Assembly: GCA_951406725.2 (NCBI GenBank) | Contig: OX597833.1 | Coordinates: 50,654,001-50,718,000 of the forward strand | DNA: 64,000 nt | Direction of reading: 5' to 3' | From: Octopus vulgaris | Taxonomy: Eukaryota | Part shown: positions 53,559 through 64,000 of the stretch, piece by piece | How the letters are laid out: each line of letters begins with the position of its first letter | Position numbering within the stretch: position 1 is the first letter of the stretch | Translations under genes and position numbers: made by a program | Notes under the pieces: model-generated | The model's input: only the letters and a program-made list of their open reading frames with translations | What the model was told of the DNA's origin: nothing | Databases searched by the model: none

Positions 53559-54329
53559 TGAGGTGGGATTTTAAATAGTGGGAAGTTAGCTCAGCGTGAC
53601 ATCAGGGGGAAATATTTTGGTCAAAGATATGCCGCCAGATGTCATTACCCAGAAAACGAAGAAAAAAAAAGTTTTGTTTATACAACGAAAGAGAAATAAC
53701 AATAACAACATCAACAAAGATGACAACAACAAGAAGAAGAACAACAACAACGACAGCAACAAAAACAAGAGGAAACAGCAAGTAAAACACAAAAAAAGCC
53801 TTTTTCTGATTGTAACAACTACAACGTTATGAAAATAACAAAAACTTATACGAACGTATGTAGCTATCTACACGCTTACGCAAACATAGAACCAACTCAT
53901 TTGTTGCTAAGCAACAAGCTCATTAGAATATATAAACAACATCCACAGTGATCCATTGGCTGCCTTCTCATCGCACGTGCCCTTTGAAATATATGGAAAA
54001 CAACATGAAAATTAACATCTTGGGTAAATGTATTTTGGACTTGAAATTCAAGATAAAGCTCGTTTTTCCCCTTTTATTTAAATATACATACACACATTAT
54101 ACACACGCATACATAAGCATATACATATGTCTATGTATGTATATGTATGTTGTATGTATGTATGTATGTATGTATGTATGTATGTATGTATGTATGTATG
54201 TATGTATGTATGTATGTATGTATGTATGTATGTATGTATGTATGTATGTATCTATCTATCTATTTGTCTCTGATTCCCACTCCTTAAATATTTGTGTGTG
54301 TATACATACATAAATACATACACTCTCAC

Positions 54330-54369
<40 letters not shown>

Positions 54370-54463
54370 ACATATATATATACATAAATATACATAAATC
54401 TATATGTACATACATATACAGATAGAAATAGTTGTATATGTGTATATGTGAATATTTTTATGC

Positions 54464-54579
<116 letters not shown>

Positions 54580-54632
54580 GTATTATATAAATGCAAATAC
54601 ATACATACGCACATATATATGTATATAAATAC

Positions 54633-54677
<45 letters not shown>

Positions 54678-55174
54678 GTATTAATTCTTAAAAAGATAAA
54701 ATAGGGTATCATTGAAGTGCTGGATTTGATTTGTTCTTTGCTGTATCAGCTTTACGAAATTGACAAGTATTTTAATGTATTTCAAATATTGATTTTGTAC
54801 TTTTGGCAAGAAATCAAACAATAATATTTTACGAGAAACTTATGATAGCAATTTGGCATTGATCATCAGTATCGTGTAACCAAGTAACGGTATTTGATCT
54901 TTTCATTTTGTCCTTTTCGACCTGCGTTTTTTTTCGAACCATATGTATTGCGAAAGGGATGTAAAAAGGGATGTACATTGTTTGTATAAACACAATCCCC
55001 TTCATTAGCGATTCAGCAAAATATACCGAAACTATATGTACCAGGCTTAAAAGAAATGTACTCAGATTTTTTCGGTCGACTAAAATTTATCTAGTCACTG
55101 CCTCATCATGGTCGTAATCTAATGACAAACAATAAAAAAATAAATCAATCAGACTATACACATGCATACATACA

Positions 55175-55213
<39 letters not shown>

Positions 55214-55352
55214 ATGTGTATATGTTTGTATGTATGAATATTTGTATATATATATACCAAAAATTTAATTTACGAAGGTGTCATTTTGGCGATTTAATAA
55301 GAGTTTTAACTGTTATTTTTCGCAGGTTGACATACCTACTATGTCCTTTGAG

Positions 55353-55413
<61 letters not shown>

Positions 55414-56198
55414 TCATAAATGAGGGTGAAAAATTAGATATTAATTTAATAATACCATCAGTTTAACACCAAGTGGCCTAGCACATAAAAACCAGGGAGA
55501 CAGTACAAATTTATACTAGACAAATATGTGAGTATAATTGCATATTATGTTGATAAAGAAACAATTGTTCAGCATTAATCTATCTTTTCGTTGTATTTCG
55601 CTTTCCTTACGTTGAGGGTAATGTTGTTTCTTTTGTGGAAACAACTTCGGTGGCTATACCATAATAAGGAGCTATTTCTAGCACTAGAGTTAACCACTTA
55701 ACGTTAGCTCTCTTATATTTACGTATAAATTTGTACTGTCTCCCTGGTTTTTATGTGCTAGGTCACTTGGTGTTAAACTGATGGTATTATTAAATTGATA
55801 TCTAAATTTTCACCTTCATTTATGAATTTATAAATTTAATATGCTACAGTAAATATTATATGCAGTATTAATTTCCACTAAGTCTTAGCATGCTTTTGGC
55901 GGGGAAGCTAAACCACAACAATCGATCAGACCGCATGGGTATTTATCGCCCGTGAGGGTCTGATAAATTGTATCGAGGACAAATGCTGCCGATGACTTAT
56001 AGACAAATATGTGAGTATAATTGCATATTATGTTGATAAAGAAACAATTGTTCAGCATTAATCTATCTTTTCGTTGTATTTCGCTTTCCTTACGTTGAGG
56101 GTAATGTTGTTTCTTTTGTGGACACAACTTCGGTGGCTATACCAGAATAAGGAGCTATTTCTAGCACTAGAGTTAACCACTTAACGTTAACTCTCTTA

Positions 56199-56204
<6 letters not shown>
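55414..56204. mobile_element. Penelope-like insertion: inverted segment plus partial tandem repeat, within (TA)n
   Basis: 55414-55516 is the reverse complement of 55723-55825; 55517-55721 is a direct repeat of 56000-56204; (TA)n on both flanks. Confidence 0.7.
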
Positions 56205-56254
<50 letters not shown>

Positions 56255-56260
<6 letters not shown>

Positions 56261-56497
56261 GGAATGGTCAAGTGGTCATTTTGCCAGTTTAGCCAATAAA
56301 AACACACGCACCATATATTTGGTATTATTACTTTGCTTCAGCGTTATTTATTTTTTACATGAATCTTAATCTTATTTTTATTTTATTAAGATTAAGATTA
56401 ATGTAAAAAATAAATAACACTGAAGCAAAGTAACACCAAATATATGGTGCGTGTATTTTATTGGTTAAACTGGCAAAATGACCATTCCTTCTAAATA
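56255..56497. repeat. ~240-bp palindrome between (TA)n tracts
   Basis: TGGTCATTTTGCCAGTTTA.CCAATAAAA.ACACGCACCATATATTTGG..TTACATGAATCTTAATCTTA pairs with its mirror; loop near 56375-56386. Confidence 0.9.
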
Positions 56498-56544
56498 CAA
56501 CAATATCTGTTTCAACACACGATTTCACATCAAAAATCTTGCAA

Positions 56545-56580
<36 letters not shown>

Positions 56581-56619
56581 GAATAAGGAGAAAAGAATTT
56601 GAGGTGTAGACGATCTTTA

Positions 56620-57061
56620 ATTCATAATCCATGTTGGTACAGTTCCAACGCACATTCAGGTTCATAAATGTAGGTACTGGAGCCTTGGAATATGTAACAC
56701 ACTGCCAATCTTGAGAATTTAGGCTTATGAAAACCAGAAAGGAGAAAGCAAATTCGGAGTTTACAGATGCACTCCGTCAGAGAAACTGTAAAAATCTGTA
56801 AAATTTTCCCGAAGTTTCTCATTTGATTATATATAGGCATGCCTATATATGCAACTATGAGCATGAGAATATATACGTAAAACAAAACATACAAATCTGT
56901 GCAAATGCATGAATGCATACATACATGCATACATACATACAAACAAATAAATAAAAATACCCTGTTGCTGATGTTTAAATTTCAATGAAGGAGCTTTGGA
57001 TCTAGGTTAGAAACTGGCTCTTTACTGGCAAGAAATCTTGTTATAAAACTGAACAATAACA
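56620..57061 (+). mobile_element. 3' end of the same R4/Dong-type LINE family as 9026-10478
   Basis: GALEYV..NLENLGL.KPERRKQIRSLQMHSVRETVKICKIFPKF; 3' UTR TTGGATCTAGGTTAGAAAC..AGAAATCTTG..ATAAAACTGAA; followed by (CATA)n 57062-57131. Confidence 0.8.
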
Positions 57062-57103
57062 TATACATACATACATACAAACATACATACATACATACAT
57101 ACA

Positions 57104-57139
<36 letters not shown>

Positions 57140-57848
57140 TTCGAGTGTGGTTTTATTTGTCTCTAAAAGATAGGCTGCTGTCTCTCATGAACGAAAACAA
57201 ATTCTATATCTTGGTGTATATGAATATATATAAGTTTTTTCTATGGTATGCGTCTTCAGGCTTCTGCGTGTGAGATATTTATTATCAATTTAAGAATTTC
57301 TTAATCCGTGATGTGGAAAATTGAAAACTACAATTCGTACCAGCAAAAAAAAAAGACCAAAAAAAAAAAAAAAAAACAGGAGATATATGTTGCTTTGTTA
57401 TTTTATAACTCAAGTGATAATGTGTTATCTCTTCTTAAGCTAACGCCTGGATTAAGGATATTTCGATAAATTAAATATCTACCATTTCTACATTTCGTCT
57501 TTTAATTACTTTCCGTCTTTTGTTGTGGCACACTTTATATATATATTTCTAATAGTGTTATTTATTTTTGCATTGTTTGTACTGTGAAGCTCGTTGTATA
57601 TATACAGCACTCCGTCATTTTATTTACGTATTTTTCTTCAATATATTTTCTTGCTTTCTTTCCTTCATCTCTCTCTTCACTGTCCTCTCTCTCTCTTCAC
57701 TCTCTCTCTCTCTCTGCTTCTTACTTGCACTCTTCCTTGATTTTCACTTTATTCCTCGTTGTTTCAAATTCTTAAAAAAATAACTTTTATTTTAGTACGT
57801 TGATAAATACTTACAAACATAGTAAAAAACATATCCAAGCGCAAAAAC

Positions 57849-57972
<124 letters not shown>

Positions 57973-57976
57973 CTAC

Positions 57977-58053
<77 letters not shown>

Positions 58054-58083
58054 CACACACACACACACACACAGACATATATA

Positions 58084-58127
<44 letters not shown>

Positions 58128-58140
58128 TATGTATGTATAT

Positions 58141-58470
58141 ATGGTGTGTTTACGTCCCCCAACTTAGCGGTTCGGCAAAAAGGCCAATATGATAAGTTCT
58201 AGGTATCCAAAGAATAAGTTCTGGTGTCGATTATCTCGACTAAAGGCGGTGCTCCTGCATGGCCACAGTCAAATTACAGAAACACGTAAAAGAGTATGCA
58301 TGACTGCGTGGTTAAGGAACTTGCTTGACAAACACAAGGGCGTGGGTTCAGTCCCAGTGCGTGCCACTTTGTGCGTCTTCTATTATAGCCCCAGGTCGAC
58401 CAATGTCTTGCGACCGAATTTAGTTGACGGATTCTGTGTGGAATCCTGTGGTATATGTGCGTGTGTGTCG
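58141..58470 (+). mobile_element. SINE family C 3' half followed by a degenerate head
   Basis: GGTGTGTTTACGTCCCC..ACTTAGCGGTTCGGC..GGCGGTGCTCC..; GGGTTCAGTCCCA. Confidence 0.75.
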
Positions 58471-58613
58471 TAGTCTTTGTGTTTATGTTTGTTCTTCTTG
58501 AGAACAACTTGAAAAATAGTGACAGTTTGCTTAAGTCCCAGGATCGTAGAGGTCTAGCAAAAGATTATGATAAAAGAAGTACCAGACTTGAAAATACGTA
58601 CTACTATCGATTT

Positions 58614-58907
58614 AAAAAAAACGTTAAATGTCGCCCTTTTCAAGCCTAGCCAGGCTCATGGGCCCGGTTTTCCGGTTTCTATGGCGTATGTGTTCCCCCC
58701 AGCTGGACGGGACGCCAGTCCATCGCAGCGTTTCTCAAGAAACAGGAAGAGAGAGTGAGAGGAATTTGGCAAAAGAGTACAACAGGGTCGTGGAGGTTTT
58801 AGGTGTTTTCGCTCAATAAACACACACAACGCCAGGTCTGGGAATCGAAACTGCGATCCCCTGACTGCGACTGCGCTGCCCTAACCACTGGGCCATTGCG
58901 CCACCAC
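58614..58907 (-). mobile_element. SINE family B hybrid (same type as 49471)
   Basis: Imperfect TSD ACTAC(TA/AG)TCGATTT at 58600-58613 and 58908-58921. Confidence 0.85.
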
Positions 58908-59388
58908 ACTACAGTCGATTTGCTCCACTAAAACCCTACAAGACGATGACTCTACGATCTTTACTTGCTTCAATGATTGAGACAAGCAAAAGAAAAAAGA
59001 AATATTGCATAAAAATCTAGCAAATAGTGGAAAAATTCAGACACACTTACGTATAAAATGCATTTATTTGTAATTTATTTGCAATTTTATTTTAAATTTA
59101 TTTGCACTTTATTTGAAATTTATTGAAAATCGATTATCGATGAATACAGTATCATTAACCCTTTGCTTGTTCAAAGCATTTTCATATGTTCGACCTAAAC
59201 TTCCACGCTTGCTTTTAGGTTCAGGTTATTGGATGTTAATTTGGTTTAGTTGGTGAGTAATGTATTTTTCACACCTCAGATTATCAGCTATATATGATGC
59301 ACTATACATATATATATAGTGTGTGTGTGTGCGTGTACATATATTTATATTCATATATATGTACTTATGTATATGACGCCGCTGATTT

Positions 59389-59549
59389 TTCAATACAGCT
59401 GTCAAAAAGACCTTGTGAATAACCCTAAAAAGTAGCCTCCGAATCTTCAGCAGCCATTTTGAGTAGATTCAATACAGCTGTCAAAAAGACCTTGTGAATA
59501 ACCCTAAAAAGTAGCCTCCGAATCTTCAGCAGCCATTTTGAGTAGATTC
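59389..59549. repeat. Perfect 79-bp tandem duplication
   Basis: TTCAATACAGCTGTC...TTTTGAGTAGA twice, with TTC microhomology at the junctions. Confidence 0.95.
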
Positions 59550-59599
59550 CATCGCTTCATTCGGTCGCCTTAACTCCATTAGCTAGTTCTTTTTTGACG

Positions 59600-59989
<390 letters not shown>

Positions 59990-61241
59990 CATTATTAAAT
60001 CTCAGAACGAGATTACTATATATACATATATATATATATATGCTTTCTTTCTTGGTATCAGTCCTAGGACAGCGGCCATACGGGACACCTCCGTATACAC
60101 ATATTTATGGTTCTTGATTCATACGCTCATACGTTTCCAATAAAAAAGCCGGGGGAAGAACACGTTCTGTGATACACATATGATATTCAGGACTGGCAAA
60201 GTGTTAATCTTGGACGAATTTTTATCGGAACTTGGAATGGCACAGTCTAAACTTTAGAAAAAAATATAAATCCCTTAATCAAGCGATTTAACCACTTTGC
60301 TAAATTGGACGGTTTTATTCGCCGGCTATGATAATAATTGATGAGCTTGTATTGATTTTAATTTTTCACAAAACGGATGATGGAAGATTACCTCTTTATT
60401 TACAGATATCGATAGCTTTCGATCAGGAGGGGGTTCAGTGAATAAACTACTATGGCGATACAAAAGAAAAACCAAAAAAAAAAAAAAAAAGAAAAAAACA
60501 GTGGTAAAATGTCTGGCTGATTTCTGTAGGAGATTGATAAATGTTCAACTATTGAAAAGATGGGATTACTTAATTATACATTTCATATTTTAGCGCTGTA
60601 TTGAATCAAGTTGTTGAAAGGAACATTTTAATGCACTCAAACATTTTTAGCGCTATGAACACTGGGAAGGCTACTATAGAGGCCTGGCACTGTGTGTAAG
60701 GTTTCTTCCTTACAGAGACAATATATTGATTATAAAGTAATTTGTCATCTTTAAAAGTGGGTAATGTAATTTATTTACTTTTTTTGTTGTCTATCAATAG
60801 CACTGTCAGGCAATGTATAGAACGGAAACAACACATTTTCAGATTTATATTTAGAATATACCTACATGAATATGTATGTAGGTTGCGTGTAGATGTTAGC
60901 TGTGTTGCTCTCGCATTATAGTGCAAACTAAGATGCCGGTGTGCTGAGTCTTCGAACTTTTTACAAATTTCGTGTGTAGTAATTTCACTTTATATACACC
61001 ATCCACGTTCCGTACACAACAGCAACATAATATAAACCGATTCCTTCTTGGAAAGTGAATCAATAGGAACAATCATCCAAAGATAGAGTTCGAACACTAC
61101 AGGTTTTCTATATAATTTAGAGCCAGCGTTGAAAGTTAAGGACGTTTAATACATGTAAACAGTGCGATCGAAGATAGAAAAATAGGTGATGGAGGTAGGC
61201 AATGTATAGAACGGAAACAACACATAGAAAAATAGATGAGG

Positions 61242-61721
61242 GATGTATACGTGTATTTCATGAGTTTCTGCCCGTTCTTGCTCCTGCTCAGGCGTGATAC
61301 CTTGTGGTATTTGTTCACGTTTTTCACCTTTTGAAATTTTAGCTGTTACACTAAATATCTGCTCTACTTTTTAAGAGTCCCCGTTCTTCGTAATCATTCG
61401 GACGAAGTCCCTAAACTGAGTATAACTTCATGATCCTTTCTGCCCAATGATGATCACAGCTTATTTCTTTGACAAACCAGATGTATACGTATATTTCATG
61501 AATTCCTGCCCGTTCTTGCTCCTTCTCAGGCGTGATACCTTGTGGTATTTGTTCACGTTTTTCATCTTTTGAATTTTTCGCTGTTACACTAAATACCTGC
61601 GCTACTTTTGCAGATTTTACGCTCTTCGTAATCATTCGGATGAAGTCTCCAAACTGAGTATAACTTCATAATTCTTTCTGTCCAAAGGTGACCACAGCTC
61701 ATTTCTTCCTGACTAACCAGA
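61242..61721. repeat. Diverged 238-bp tandem duplication
   Basis: GATGTATACGT.TATTTCATGA...GAC.AACCAGA at 61242 and 61480. Confidence 0.9.
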
Positions 61722-61894
61722 AGAAAAAATTAAGCCAAGGCGACGCTCTTCTACACACCAGCTTATAACATTACCCGCATAATAAACAAATAAAATAAAA
61801 TAAAATAAAATAAAATAAAATATTGAAATTCAAAAATTTATATTCTATCAAATATCGAAAAACAAAGCAAAACCCTTCTTAGTCATTAATAATC

Positions 61895-62225
61895 CTTTCT
61901 AATATAGGCAAAAGGCCTGAAATTTTGGGGGAGGGGACTAGTCGATTACATCGACCCCAGGGTTTCACTGGTACTTAATTTATCGAACCCGAAAGGATAA
62001 AAGGCAAAGTCGACCCTGGCGGTATTTGAACTCAGAACGTAAAGACAGGCGAAATATCGCTTAAGCATTATACCGACACCAGTACTCAACTGATACTTAT
62101 TTTATCGACCCCGAAAGGCTGAAAGGAAAAGTAGCGAGATTTAAGCTCAGAATGTAGAGGGACCTGAAATAAATGCGGCGAGGCTTTTCTTTCGACAACC
62201 CTAAGAACTCTAACAGGCTCACCAT
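61895..62225 (-). mobile_element. SINE family A (short-tail form) plus a degenerate second copy
   Basis: GAAATTTTGGGGGAGGGGACTAGTCGATTACATCGACCCCAG..AAGTCGACCC..GGTATTTGAACTCAGAACG. Confidence 0.82.
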
Positions 62226-62299
62226 TAAAGATAAGTTGAGATAATTGATAGCAACTCGATAACAAAAAAAAAAAATCACAAAAACGTTCTTCGCCGGTG

Positions 62300-62634
62300 T
62301 CATCGTCGTCGTCTTTGTCTTCATCGCCGACCTCCTCCTCCTCCTCCTCCTCCTCCTCCATCATCATCATCATCATCATCATCACCATCATCATCAGTAA
62401 CATCATCATCATCATCATCGTCATAGTCATCATCAACATCATCATCATCATCATCAACACCATCATCATCATCAACATCATCATTATCATTATCATTCTC
62501 AATATCTTCATCGTGAGCATCATCATTATCCTCGTCGTAAGCATCATCATCATCATCATCATCATCATCAGCATCATCATCAACATCATCATAGTCATCA
62601 TCAGCATCATCATCATCATCATCATCATCATCAA

Positions 62635-62683
<49 letters not shown>

Positions 62684-62712
62684 GTCATCATCACCAATAT
62701 CTTCATCGTAAG

Positions 62713-62747
<35 letters not shown>

Positions 62748-63160
62748 ATATCTTCATCGTAAGCATCATCATCATCATCCATCAAGAAAAAGAAATAAAT
62801 TATTTTCAACAATAACAAAAAGAAAACAAAAAAAGAAAAAAAAAGAACAATTAGAACAGCATAACGAGGGAAAAATACCGAAATATTGTTGACAGCACAT
62901 CATTCACTGATAACGAAAACAGACAAACACCATCATCATCATCATCATCGTCATCATTGTCGTCGTCGTCGTCATCGTCGTCGTCATCATCATCATCGAC
63001 AACAGCAGAAGCAAGAACAGCAGCAGCGGCATGAACTGAACAATCGCCACCAGTATTAAAACCATCGCCGTCATCATTATCATCACCATCATCACCATCA
63101 TCATCATTGCCGTCTTCGTCGTCGTCGTCATCATCACCATCATCATCATCATCACCATCA
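62300..63160. repeat. Long compound (CAT)n/(CGT)n/(CCT)n trinucleotide tracts
   Basis: Directly visible; source of the poly-M/D/I ORFs. Confidence 0.95.
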
Positions 63161-64000
63161 AGTACAACAGCGATAAGAAGTCAGGGTATAAGAATAATAA
63201 CGTGGACGAATGCCAAACACATATCTACTGACCCTCATCTAATATCACAAAATCTAAACGCTAGGGTTACAATTTGACTGATAGTTTAACGATAACATGA
63301 TTTATCAATTTTGTCCAAATCTGATCTTAGATTCTATTTTAAACTGACACCTTCTGTATGTCTTTACGGAAACACATACACCCATACACACATGCTCCTT
63401 TGTACACACATATTTATTTATACACACTGAGGGATACACGCACATACATGCACTTGTATATAGACGTATGCACAGTGAATAGAGTGTCTCAGTCAAGCAC
63501 ACAGGCGCGATGACGTCTTCACAATTACGTACAGAAGCTTATATGCATTCGTGTATATTTTCAGTAACGCCGCTCACACATAGCAATGGAGAATATTTTT
63601 AGAAAAAATCACTTAAGTCACATATATACATAGACACACGCACATGCACACACGCACACGAATACGCATCTACAAATACACATACACACACACAAAAACA
63701 CGCATACATACAGATGTATACGCACTTACGTATACATCGATGCATATAACGTACAGATACAGAGTTTTAGGAAACGGCTGGTACGGTTATATACATTCAG
63801 GCAAATAGACACACACACTGTCACACACACACAGACACACACAGTCACACACACACAAACAGACACACACACAGACATACACACACACACACACACACAG
63901 TCAAACACACACACGATTCTTAAACACATATGTGGATATGCATATGTAACATATATACAGATACATAAAATCGAGTGACTCCTCATACTGTATGAAGCAA

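Noticed and set aside
60210-60250. IGTWN motif resembling a LINE APE endonuclease start; also an RTE-like GKI..K trace near 7130-7200 and a Dong-like trace at 15750-16060
   Set aside because: Too short or decayed to support without a profile search.
61136-61635. ORFs within the 238-bp duplication
   Set aside because: Stops differ between the two copies and no motif is recognisable.

Overview
AT-rich, microsatellite-saturated animal DNA with no recognisable intact protein-coding gene. Nearly all ORFs in the track are translations of (TA)n, (CA)n, (GA)n, (TATG)n, (GATA)n or trinucleotide tracts. The SINE repertoire strongly resembles that of octopod cephalopods (inference from recalled consensus sequences, not a search). 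The window is probably intronic or intergenic. It holds dozens of tRNA-derived SINE copies (here called family A, GGCGGCGAGCTGGCAGAA head and often dimeric; family B, tRNA-Arg-like heads with exchangeable bodies and tails; family C, CORE-like with an internal microsatellite). It also holds R4/Dong-type RLE LINE remnants, mariner and maT (DD37D) remnants, two Helitron-like elements, and many short Penelope-like inserts inside (TA)n tracts, several forming long palindromes. The most interesting observations are: two U6 snRNA retrocopies, each fused at its 3' oligo-T to retroposon sequence (candidate U6-headed chimeras); a SINE whose Pol III B-box is amplified into a 15-unit 25-bp tandem array; an RLE LINE that appears to sit in (CATA)n microsatellites; a recurring set of (TA)n-embedded fold-back elements sharing terminal motifs; and a multi-fragment templated insertion with microhomology junctions. 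Boundaries of degenerate repeats are approximate (about 10-20 bp).
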